Source: Callorhinchus milii
Taxonomy: Eukaryota
Assembly: GCF_018977255.1 (NCBI RefSeq)
Contig: NW_024704744.1
Span: 67,890,001-67,954,000, forward strand
DNA length: 64,000 nt
Reading direction: 5' to 3'
Part shown: piece after piece, positions 38,178-50,151 of the stretch
Position numbering within the stretch: position 1 is the first letter of the stretch
Layout: every line of letters starts with the position of its first letter
Translations under genes and position numbers: made by a program
The notes under the pieces: model-generated
The model's database searches: none
Told to the model about the DNA's origin: nothing
The model's input: only the letters and a program-made list of their open reading frames with translations

Positions 38178-40727
38178 GTAAGTTATCTCATACTATACTC
38201 ATTTCGGACTTGTTGCTTGCTTCCGCAGTTACTACTACTGTATAAACGGGTTATAACCGTCAAATGTTTTCCAGTCTGTTCTGTATAAACCTGCAGGCTC
38301 AAATCTACCTGCCCTATTCACATATGTGTAAGAATGATTGAATGTTATAGCATAGGTATAAACTGTTTGGCCCTCCAAATCTGCTCTCATGTTTATTTCC
38401 CTTTGATCCAATCTTAATCACACTCTCCTGATCACTCCCCATATTTTTAAATATTCTTTATTTTTAATCAGCTATTTAATTCCCTTTTAGAAATATCCAC
38501 GTCCCAATCATCTGGTATGTGAATTTTTGCTGAATAAAAATAAATTTTAACTAGTTTCCTCCCTAAATACTTATATGAATATGACATGATTGCTCATGGT
38601 GACTCCTCTGTTCTATAGACAGTAAAGGGAACAAAGCCAGAACAAATGTTCTGTCTAATTCTTCCCCATGGAGTAGACAAAATGAACCTAAAAGGGCAAC
38701 TGATCCAAAATGCTCCATAAAAAGACACCAATCACATTTAATTTGCAAAATGACTGCTATTTCCTTGTGAAACTTTTTCAAAACTCTTGTGATTCTTTTT
38801 TTTACTGCTGTATTATGGTATTGTGGCTGGCCTCACTGAATTTTTCATAAGCAGCAAAAAGTCTTTTGTAGAATCAGCCCTGCAGGGGCTCCTGAAATAC
38901 TATTTCTTTAGTTTTTCTTTTGTTTCAGAAGTCTGTTTATTCCCTCAAAATGAACTGCTAGTCTCTTTGTACTAAAATAGGGTTGTAAATCTTTTTGTTC
39001 ATCGTGAGAATTGATTGAATGAGCTCTGAAGTAGTCAAGACAGCTGCCATACAAGACAAAAATGTTTTAAAGAGTTCCAGCCTGGTTGGCATAAATATGT
39101 GCATAATGCTATTTTCGAGCCTCACTGTGAAGCAATTGTGGGAATCGCTAAAGAATTGTCATTGCAAGCAGAAACGATTGGGTGAACTTTACATGGGAAC
39201 ATAACCTTACTGAACACAGCCAAAGACGATAGTGATCCACAGTCCAATTCTAAATTTCCCAAAATATCATATCAAACACCCTAATGACGAAAATCTATTT
39301 CATCTCTTTTAAATTTGGCATTATTATTCACCCTAATTTTTTCCCTGAACATTATTGTTCCGCATATTTACAACTTGCTAGGTAAAGTACTTAAATCTGA
39401 ACAGTTTTGATGTAAGCATATTTAAGGTTGTTTATAGTGCATTGTGGCATCATGGCACAAAAAGGGTGGCCAAGTGAAACCAAAACGTGCTGAGGAATTT
39501 CACTGATTTCTGTGCTTTCATTGCTTTTACTGATTTCCGAAAGGCCTTCACCCTAGTGCCTCCTGCTTGCACACCTAAAGAAGCTGGAAATCACTAGAGT
39601 GCAGCGTCAAATGCTGAATCTGATCTAAATTGTATATTCCTACTCTTAAAATCTGTTATTGGCGACTTATTGAACATATGCCACTTGGAGGAAAAGTACA
39701 GTTTTACATGGATCAAGGAAGAACTCTTGAAGATATTGTTTGGAAGGTATAGGAAGCATCAGTCCCAGTTCAATAATTGTATTTGGTTTTTCGGCTTTCA
39801 TGTCAGGAAGACCTCTCAAAGCTCTTCACATTGTATATATTGTAAAGTGGAGTGACTGTGTTTTGTGGATGAATCTAACGGTGCTAATGGTGGTCAAATT
39901 TGCTTTGAAACTGCCTTGAACATCGATGCAAAGGAGTACCTTAGGCTATACCTTGGTTGCTCAATGTTATCACTCTTGGAATGTTTCTGTGAAAATCAGC
40001 ATGATAATATATCTTTACTAAGACGGGCAAGTCACTGGCTATCAGCTTTCAAGGGCACCTTGGCAATTCAGATACAAATACAATAAGATAAAATGTATTA
40101 GTGAAATAGATCATAAAAGTGGGAGGCAGTCATTTCGTTAAGTCATTTTAAGTTAATTACCTTGTTTTCATGCTGAACCGTGTTGCGCAGCAGGAAGCTC
40201 GCAGGGAGTTCCTGGTACCTGATGTCCACCTAGTAAGGGCTCAAACCTGTGCTTGTCGGATGTGAAATGACCAACTAGTGACTATCCTCCTTTGGTTGGG
40301 AGGTAAGCGGGGTCTCCTTTGAGATGAACTGGCTCCGAGGTGTTTTTTTTGGCATTGGAATGTTGGAATTGAGCCAGCGCTGTCTGGCGGGCTCGGTTGT
40401 CCAGTTCCTGAGACAGAAGGATCTGCAGTATTCCAGGGCACTGCTGAGGACAGCACAGTCAGTCTGGTTCATCAGCGGGACTTGGAAGGTCAGAATAGTC
40501 ACTGGGGGCAGGGACTCTTCCCGCTCTCATTAATCCTACAAGCCAAATGGGTAGGTTGTTCTAGCTCGACAAGCAGTAGGAAATGTTGCCAGGCAGTGCA
40601 GCATTCTGTTGCAGCATCTACTCTCATACTCTGAATCAGCTATTTCTTAAGAAGCAGTGATAAATTAACTCTTTAATATTTACTCTTAACTTCTGGTTGC
40701 CCTGCCCTGACCACTTTACTTCACAAT

Positions 40728-40820
40728 AGTAATCCTTACATTTGATATAGCACCTTATCACGTCATTGAGATCTCACAATGCTTCACAGGATTTACTCTA
40801 AAATGCAATGGCTGTATTTA
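40728..40820 (-). mobile_element. SINE tail fragment
   Basis: taatccttacatttgatatagcaccttatcacgtc. Confidence 0.75.
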
Positions 40821-41404
40821 GAATTGAACATCTATTTCTGAGAAATTGAAATCCCAAAATTATTGAATTACAATTTTCTACACATCTTACTTACCTCAAC
40901 AGATCCATTATCAGTTGGACTTGGATGACAATAACAGTTGCCAATTTACTATTTGTTATTTGTATTAATACTAATTTCTATCTAGAATTCTTCAGCCATC
41001 TCTCCTGCTTTCATACATCGTGGGAAGCATTTTTATTGGGCATTTAATGTCCTAATAACTCTCTGATTTTTTAAAACGCTAACTTTTTTCAAAAATAATT
41101 TATGCTCTAGTTACTGACTCACCGCCCAGTGAATTGATGCCTCCCTAATCATCATCAAAACTCCTCATATTTTCAAACAGCTCCTCTCAGCCTTCTTTGT
41201 GTTATCAAAAACAGTGCAGTTTTTCTAGCCTCTCATAAATAATGTTTCTCACCCCTGCTATAATTCTAATGAATTAATTTAATTCGGGTCACCTTTAACT
41301 AACGTGTGGGTTGGACCAAACAGTATCCAAATTTACAAATGATGACTGAACATATGCTACATAGTTGCTCACTTGAATATCGTGATCCATTGGGTGTTGT
41401 CGAT

Positions 41405-41530
41405 TGGCAATTGGCTGCTGAGTTTCGCCCACAAAATACATAGTCTATTCACTTTACAGAATATTCTGTGAAGCGCTTTGAGATGTCTCGAAGACGTGAT
41501 AAATCACTATATCAATTCCAAGGATTATTT
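41405..41530 (+). mobile_element. SINE 3' fragment
   Basis: caattggctgc...gtgaagcgctttgagatgtctcgaagacgtg...aggattatt. Confidence 0.8.
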
Positions 41531-43106
41531 TATATTAAAGTGGACTTGACTGTGTATTCTTGTGGGTGAAACACTTGCCAATTATTGAAGCTTTATTTGC
41601 CAGTTGAATTAATACTAACTAGTCCGTCTCAGATTTGAAAATGTTAGAAACTGCTGTACTGTTGAAAGTAAGTAATCACAAGGCTAATCTCAAAGATATG
41701 TCAACAAAAACTTCTGTGGACAAACTTCTGTAGTGGTATGTTGTAAACTGAGTCATTTATATACCCAACACACCAGAAGAGAGTAAGATAAGCACACTTT
41801 AGTACTTTTGCTTTGATCACCTAAGTGTCACAAAATAAATATTATAAACGTAATGTAAATATCAGTGCATGTCTGGAATTGAATGCACATTCTCTCTCAT
41901 GGAGGGATGCATCTTGCTTACCTGATTCCAGAGAATATTAAGTACAGGTTGGCGAGAGCTGAGGCTTGGGGATCACAGAGTGTGTGTTGGAGTACTGCTG
42001 GAGTCAAACCAGCTAAAACTACTTAACTTGCCATCAAGAGCACTGTCTGGCTAGGTTCCCACTGATTATCCAGTTAAAACCACCCACCTAACAGGGCTTT
42101 TCCTTGCAGGATTACCAGGAGCAGAGTGGAAAAACTCCTTGCCCCCAGCTTTTAGAATAGACACTATTCATTAGTGTAGTATTTCAGCAGAGTACAATAA
42201 TTATACAATGGTTTATTGCGTATTTATAATATGTGATGTATGTTGTGTGCTCCAGTCCTCCAGTTCCTGCCTTCAATAAAATTCTATTTCAAGTTATGTG
42301 AGATTAAGTAACTTGAATTAAAACAATGTAGATGGTTTTGGAAATTGTCAAGGCTTAAATGTAGCAAACGGAAGACATGTACATGAGGTGTTTAGAGGAA
42401 AATTCAGAGCATCCTTTAGAATAGGTAATTTGGTAGATGACGGGACCGAATGGTGGTGGTGGATGCAAATGAGCAATGTCAATTGGTATTCATGTGGTAG
42501 TCAATTTTACTGCTCATATTTAGTGTTGAACATAATGGATTTCGAGAAGTAATTTACATTTAAAACAATTAGAGGGCTATATTATAGTTGTTGAACTGTT
42601 CAACCTTTTCTTGCACTTGTATATAATTCAGTTTTATCAATTCGGTATCCCATTTCAATGTAAGTCATATAAACCCTAATAATCCTATGTGACAGACATT
42701 GTTGCCATCATAACAGTTTTAAAGTTATTTTTGACCAGGGTGAAGGAGAGAGAACAGTTACTCATTTTACATGATATAAAACATCTCTTGAATTGTACAC
42801 TCAAGCAGCAGGTTAAAGTGATTAGAAAACTAAATTTTTCTGATGTGAAATGAACTCAACATTTCCATGAATTAAGTTAATGCTTTATCCCAGTTTCATG
42901 ATGACAATATACATATTTGTTACACAAGTATATGTATTATGATGTAAACTTAAGTTTATTTTTATACCAGTGTGTCAAAATTGTATTCTGTGTTCAAGTA
43001 TTTTCATTGTATAGTAATTTTAAGATTGGTTGTCTTATTGCCTCTGAAAAATTGAGCTTTAAAAGTAGGTTTGCCTTTGTTGTAACGTTTTCACATTGTT
43101 CAACAG

Positions 43107-43169
43107 GTCTCTGTGATATTAATGAGGGTTCGGTAACTTCAGATGATCGCTGTAAATCACCCACATCGG
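43107..43169 (+). CDS. STXBP5: STXBP5 coding exon, 63 nt
   Basis: caacag|GT CTC...TCG G|gtaagt; GLCDINEGSVTSDDRCKSPTS; phase 1-1. Confidence 0.94.
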
Positions 43170-44156
43170 GTAAGTGTACCTGTACGTGTGATATACACTC
43201 TATTGTTTTGTGTTCCGCTGAGTTTTAAGATAAAATGAATTATACTTGCAGAATTACAAATGTTATACATAATGCATGGCCAATATAACTACTAAATTAT
43301 CTTTTGAATCAGCAATTCTCCACCTGCTCATGAGATACAATCATCCTTTCTAAAGTGTCTGACAGTAAGGCCACCATATCCAGAAATATGATTTGAGAAG
43401 CTTGGCGATCAGATATTTCAAAGAACTAACTTGTGTTAAAACAGGCACACTCATCATGCCTCAACTCAGCAGCTTTTCGTAAATCTAACTTCCTACAGAA
43501 GCCTGATGAAGGAAGTTTGATGAAGGAGTCATATCCCCAAGACTGTCGAGGTTTAGTAAATGAACTGTTGTCTGTAGAGCAATAATAAACATTTTCTCCA
43601 GTCCATAAATGTTCCAATCAGTTCTAAAAATTCCTCTCTGGTAACCCTCCTCCATGACTGTTCCATCGTTACACATACTTTCAAGGGCATAATTTCTGTG
43701 TAGAAGAATTCAGAATTATCTGAAAAGAATCGTTAAACAAAAGGAGCATGTTTCCCGTGGTACAAGCTATCCAATTTGCTTGGTTAAGCTCTTCTACAGC
43801 AGTCTGTAGCATGCTTGTTGGTCTAAAAGGCGTCTAAAACAATGGAAATCAAGAGTAATGTAATGCTTGTTTGCATTGTATGTGCATTTATAGAACCTGA
43901 TTATTTGCGTGCATATTCCTGGAACTGACATTGCAGCAAGGAGTGTTCAGGTCACATTATTAGGAGGGTCATGGAAACAATCGTCAAATTTTTTTTTTAA
44001 AATAACATTTAGATGAAAATTGTTTTTTACTGTTTAAATTTTTTTTTAAAAATGGGTATAGCTGGAAGTCCGTAAAGAATGATTTTATAGGTATGGTACT
44101 AAGAACATATTTTGGGTGATTATGATTAATGCTGGAATGATTTCACTTTCCAGGAC

Positions 44157-44217
44157 CTCGGGACGTCTTCCCGACTTGAAAAGCGCGATACAAATGTAAT
44201 GTTGTTGTTGTTGTTGA
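44157..44217 (+). mobile_element. L2 extreme 3' tail with (ttg)n
   Basis: gggacgtcttcccgacttgaaaagcgcgatacaaatgtaatgttgttgttgttg. Confidence 0.75.
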
Positions 44218-45741
44218 TGAACACCTTTGACATTCCTGTAGTGAGCCTGCAGATTGAAGTCCCTGGTATAATTCTGAAACATGCCAATTGGTGTTCTCAA
44301 GAAAACCAAACATCACTGTTTACCCCAGCACACTCAACTTTATTCTGACCATCTCCCATCAATAAGATTTCTGATGATATCCATTCTCTCTCTGATGTGC
44401 AGATTAGCATAAGCCAAGGTGTGAAGGAAGCACTTTGTGCTTGCAGTCGTACATCAGGAAAGTTTGTTGAAAAGTAAATAAAACAGACCAGCTCATGCTG
44501 CAGAATTGAGCACACTTCCACAAAAGCCAGAAGGCCAGATGGAAAAAAGAATTTAGGATATGGCCAAAGAAGTTGTCTCATGGGAATGAGTGCAGACTGA
44601 TTCAGCATTAGACCTACCAACAATTTATTTTCCTACCAGGATTATGTTGCTAGTAGTTGGTAGGCAAAACACAATAAAACACTAATAGCTTGAGCATATA
44701 AAGGTACATTCAGAAATAATAGTACACTTATTTGAAATGCTTCATCTTTGAGTAACCTAAACTGAGTGTTGACAATAAAAAAAATTGTATTGCATGCGTT
44801 ACAATATTCCATAACTGAGACAGAAATCGGACCTGACATAACCTTTGTGTTCATGGTTCTTTCATAGGGTATTGTTAAAAGCTTCCTTGAACTTCAGCAC
44901 CATTTGTATCTCCACAGCTTTTCTTTGACATAATTTCTAGTGGAAAATCCTCGTGTTATGTTTTGTAGCCATCAGTTTTCTTGCTTTTGAGAAGAAACTT
45001 TCCTTTGTGTGCTCTACATTCTTTCACTGGTTCATTTCATACAATTCCTGGCATGCAGTTTTGTGTCACTTGGAATACTTTGACAAACTATATATCAATT
45101 TTGGACAATTAATCCTTCACTGTAAAGTGCAATTCATCTTTTTTCACAAGTGACTTGGGCTGCAGTATATTTTTTAGAAGTGAAAGGGATTGAGACCTAT
45201 CAAGTGTGAAAATACCCAAATATCCAAATATTATTGTGGAGCTCAATGAGGGTAGGTAATGTATTGGAGATGTGATCCTCCTGTGTTTTTCCATTGATTA
45301 TTGCCAAGGGATTGCAACCAGGTAACCAGTACAGTTTCAACAGGCCTCTTGTTTCTTTTGATTCAACCATGTATGTGTGTTGGGAATATGGGATTTGATT
45401 TAATTGGCATTGGTGTCTGGTTTAAGAATTGTGTTAGGCCTTACCTTTTGAAGTATCATCTGTGAACATTTGATCAATTAACACCGTTTCATTTAGAAAG
45501 TTAGAAATGATGGGATTAAGGGTTCCTTGTGTGAATCTGCGTCAGAACCAATTTTGAATTCTTCAGTTTTTCTCATGAAGATAAAATTGTAGATTAATAC
45601 AATTTTTAGAACTTAGTTTTGTTTAATTTTGCATCAGAAGATTGCAATTGGTTTTTACTTGAGTACTGAATTCATTGCTGCCTTATTTAAATTGAGCAAA
45701 TGTAGATTATAAATGCTAATGTGTGCGATTACAAGTCCCTT

Positions 45742-45935
45742 GTGTGTCAGCCTGGTAGCACTCTCGCCTCTTAAATTGAAAGATTGTGGGTTTGAGCTGC
45801 ATGCTGTGGCTTTGAGCTCAGTCTCTGTTGGCACTCCATTGCAGTGCTGGGGGTGCACTCAATTGTACCCTTCGATGAGTTGTTAAGAAAACAAGCTCCT
45901 GTCAGCCTGTTCAAGTGGACATTAAAAGTCCAGTA
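45742..45935 (+). mobile_element. Deu-domain SINE 5' part, decayed
   Basis: gtgtcagcctggtagcactctcgcctc...gtgggtttgag...gcctgttcaagtggacattaaaag. Confidence 0.65.
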
Positions 45936-46129
45936 CTGCATTGGAGCATCAGCTTAGTCTATATTTAAAAAACATTAGTTTTAAAGCATTTTATTAAATA
46001 GTTGCTGAGCTAAAATTGTTGTGGTAGGATTCGTCTACATTTAAGATGATGAGCATGGAAAAGGGGAAACTGGAGAAAGATGAATATATCTGTATTTACT
46101 GTATTGCTTGTTAATATGTTCCTATATAG

Positions 46130-46189
46130 GTTCCACCTCTCCATGCAATTCTGAAGATGAACAAAAATGTCCTAATTTTATAAACAAGG
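46130..46189 (+). CDS. STXBP5: STXBP5 cassette exon (b-tomosyn-type), 60 nt
   Basis: tatatag|GT TCC...AAG G|gtatag; GSTSPCNSEDEQKCPNFINK versus remembered human GSSSPHNSDDEQKMNNFIEK; phase 1-1. Confidence 0.9.
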
Positions 46190-46295
46190 GTATAGTATGT
46201 TTATTATGATGCAATATCTTTTCAGACCTGACATTTTCCATGCTCTTCAGAGTTAGTTTCTTTATTCACATATTTTAAAATATTATACTTTCCAG

Positions 46296-46343
46296 TGAGA
46301 ACCAAAACCAGAAAGTTTTCCAAGATCATAGTGACTGATCTAG
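46296..46343 (+). CDS. STXBP5: STXBP5 cassette exon (b-tomosyn-type), 48 nt
   Basis: ttccag|TG AGA...CTA G|gtatga; VRTKTRKFSKIIVTDL versus remembered human VKTKSRKFSKMVANDI; phase 1-1; 106-nt upstream intron. Confidence 0.9.
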
Positions 46344-47688
46344 GTATGAAACAATCATTCCCTATTTTACTAATAACTTTCTTTCTGAAGCACTAACCAG
46401 AATGCAACAAATAATCAAAGCACACTGCTTGGTGGCTTTCTAATCCACACAGTGCTTTGGGCTGTTCCGAATCTGGGAGTGCAGAGCATGATTGATTATA
46501 CACTTCATATATAAAATCGGGAATAGCTATAATTTTGTACTAAAACCAGGAAATTGAAGCTCAATCGTCAAATCAGCAATGTAATGGCTTTATCTCTTAG
46601 ATCTTGCTGATGAATTGTATCTAAAATAATTAGTTAAGAATTGAGTGTTTCTATAAATAATCATTTAGATAAATCACTGTACATGTATTGGTGTGTATGC
46701 AATACTGTCGTAACCAACTGAATACTTTAAGTGTGTGCTAATGAATAAAGAAGACCAAATCGTTTGCATGTGATTATTTTTGTCTTTAAGCCACTTTATG
46801 GTATAAAATATGTGAAATGTTTTATTTTAATTGGATAAGTGTAAGGTTGGTGTGTGCTTTAACATTCAACATTATTTTAAGCAAGAGGCTTTTCAACTTT
46901 TTCCAGAGACTTTTTCCATCTCAAGAATTGTTCAGGTAGAGATTATATCAGATATAAGCTTTCAAAACAGTTTATCTCATCACAGAGCAAATATGGAGTG
47001 TACTCTGCGTGAGCACTGGTATTATGACAGTACAACAGTGAATAAACTTTTTTAATACTGCAGTCTCACCATTACATAATTGTAACGAGAAACTCAGCTT
47101 CGGATTCAGGTCACTGTTTGGTAGCCACCCATCGAGTATGAATATAAAGCATTTCCCTCATACAGAGATGGTGTGGCAAACTTACAAAATTAAAATAATT
47201 CTGACAGTTACAATACCAGTGAAGCACAGAACCATCATTTTATTCTCACACTGACACATTTCTGAAATGTATTGTTTTCTGAAGTGCATATAGACAGGTA
47301 CACTTGATGTAAGCAAAATTGGGACCTGCCTCGGTCCCTACAGCTGAATGACTTGTGACTGGAGACTCAACAATATTTTTTTTTAAATCAACAGTCTCAC
47401 AGCAGTGGTATAAAGTGAATGATACATTAGTATAGTGGTAAGTTGCAGCATTTTTTTTTAACAAGTGAATTGGCAATGTGACTCACCTTCACAAGAGTAA
47501 AATAACTGGAACGTGCCTTCACTTGTGGATTGATCTATTTGTTCTGTGGTCAGACCACTCCTGATAGAGCCTTACTTACACACCATGTTGTCAAACTAAT
47601 TGTGTAGCGCTGTAATGTTGTTCGTGACCTTAGAAATGTGTTCCGTTTGTCTGTTTCCACATGTGAATGCCTGACCCTATAGGAAGTC

Positions 47689-47892
47689 TAATAATAATCC
47701 CTCCAAAACAAAACAATAACAAATTGGTCATTTTCAATCCACGACTGTTTGTGGGACGCTGCTGTGCGCAATTGGCTGCCATGTTTCGCCCACAAATATA
47801 CAGTCAATTCACTTTACAGTCTATTCTGTGAAGCACTTTGAGATGTTGAGAAGACATGAAAAGCGCTATATAAAATGCAAGGATTATTATTA
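47689..47892 (+). mobile_element. Headless copy of the young SINE, bounded by 12-bp inverted repeats
   Basis: Near-identical to 32186-32390; begins taataataatcc and ends ggattattatta. Confidence 0.88.
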
Positions 47893-49096
47893 TATATTAA
47901 GGGAAATTAAAATGCCTGCATGTAAAATAAAGCGAGATGTTAAGCTTAAAAGGACAATGTCTTCATGAAGAGTTTGGGCAAGGAGAAAGAGGAGTGTTGC
48001 ATGTAAATTTCCTTATAACCTCGCACACAAGTGACACAACGATTTGTTTCACCCTTATTTCCACTGTAAACAAAAAGTTATTCATGAAGATTTTACCCTA
48101 TTAAGGATAACATTCCTGGAACTGTAATTACTTGGTGTATCGGTTGCTTTTTAGATTTTTCACCTGATCAGTTTTTGTTGAGAGTTGGAAGCCTTTCCGG
48201 CTCTATGACGGTGGCAATTTCTATGGTTTATCGAGTAGTCTCGCAGCTGTTAAGGTGTTATTGTTCTGCTGTCTTGTGTTCGTTCAGTCATTCACTTGTA
48301 CGATTTTATTTCCTCCTGTAATGAAGGTACTGTCTCATCCGAGTGTATGGGCACTGGCTGCCCATTAGCTAGGCAGGCTCCACTGACCGAGGCATATCTG
48401 TCTTCACTCAACATTTACACACGCACATGTTCCAGCAGGGATCAGTGGACAGCAACCAGAAGTGGAAACTTTGACAGCTTTTGTTCTCTTTTGTTGCCCG
48501 GGGATCCAAAACCACACAACTTTTACAATGTCTGAGCAACTAACTCAGAAAAGGGAAGAGACTTATAGCTTTCAAGTCTCTGGCTTAGTTTCACTCTAAG
48601 CTGTGGCTTTACTAATAGCGATTGAGAAAGACTCCCACTTCTATACTTCTCGAGGAATGTCACATATAGTAGAACATCTCTAACCTCATCTTACTCCCTG
48701 CTTATCTGCATTGGACCTCCAATGTAGGGAATGAAGTCGGACTGCAGTGTTAGCAAATAAATTTTAGTTGAACACGTGTGCAAAGTTACTAGATACGCAA
48801 TTGAACTAGCAGGTGGAGAGATCCATATCTTGGTAAGTACTGGATTAAAGCAAGATACAAACTGCAAAGCAGTGAAAGAAAAAGCAGTAGACATGCAAAG
48901 TAACACAACTGATGTCTGCACTATTTTCACATCAACAATGAGGGGCAGAGGACTGTTCCACATTTAACATTTAATTACTACAGTTGGGGATACTGACCTC
49001 CATGGTTTTTAATAAAAGTGACTTGGTAAAATTGTATTTGATAAGAAAAATTGCAAGCACATTTTAATGATGCACAGGAGAGGCAGCGTTACTCTT

Positions 49097-49240
49097 TGCC
49101 TCCCTTCCCTTGTTCAAGGCCTGTCTTAAGACTTGCCATTTGGTCACCTTTCTTCTCTCTAACTCCAGGTTACGTGCCCAGCCAGCAGTGTTAAGCACTT
49201 TGAGACTTCTGCCATAAAAGGTGCTATATAAATAGAAATT
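49097..49240 (+). mobile_element. L2 3' tail fragment
   Basis: ttcaaggcctgtcttaagac...aagcactttgagac...aaaggtgctatataaat. Confidence 0.65.
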
Positions 49241-49458
49241 ATATTGTACTGTAGCATACTAAAACTGGTTTGGTAATTCTGTAACATCTCTTGTTTCGTT
49301 TATGAGAACATTTCACCTGAATTTTGTTCAGTTTAGCCCGTTGATACGATTCACTGGTAAGATCGCCACACTTTTTTTTGGTTAGCCGGATGTTTGTTGT
49401 TGTTGTACTATAGATTTAGGCGCTAAACAATGGCATTCACTGCAGTATTCTACTGTTA

Positions 49459-50151
49459 TCTTCTATACTAATAATCTATACTAATAAAACAACAATGTTT
49501 GTCTGCGCTTCAAGAAGCATCTCAATAACCGATTGACGTAGAGACATGGTTTGTACCTCATCGGAAAGGTCTTCTATCTGGGAGTGATATTGGCATGTTT
49601 GTTTTGGGGTATCTCCTATAGTTTGAGTTATTTCATTTTTATGTGTTTTGCTGCAGTTACACCTGGTGGCCGCCGAGACAAAGTGGCACTTTGGCATCGT
49701 GCATCACGGAGCGCCTACGCATATACGCACCCACTGCAGTTATACCTGGTGGCCGTGCCGGCTGACCGTAGCGCTGTGGTGTCCAGCGTCACACAGTATG
49801 CACGTAGCCAAGCGGCGGCGCGAACAAAATAAACACGGACGAAGCTGAGGCGCGGCAACAACAACAAAATTGAATTTTTAAAGCAGGTTTCACGTCGGGA
49901 GGACGTCCCAGTGATTTTATATTTATATTTATCATTATATAAAGATGCCTAAGCGAAAATCAAACCTCTCAAGGATAAGTAAAAATGCTAGACAAAAGAG
50001 ACCAGCCCATTAAATGAAACTGAAGAACAAAGTCCTCCCACAGGAGTCCTCCCAGATAAGTCTAGATAAAGATGAAATGTCTGTCCGTATGTCAAACTAC
50101 ATTCCATATTGCATCCTTTGGTTGCAAACTTAGCTGCAACGGTACAGCTAG
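49459..50151 (+). mobile_element. Non-autonomous Helitron with a nested minus-strand L2 tail (49856-49912)
   Basis: 5' A|TC...tctatactaataa x2; 3' hairpin gttgca-N8-tgcaac, then ggtacagCTAG|T; no TSD; internal remnant MPKRKSNLSRISKNARQKR...NETEEQ. Confidence 0.8.
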
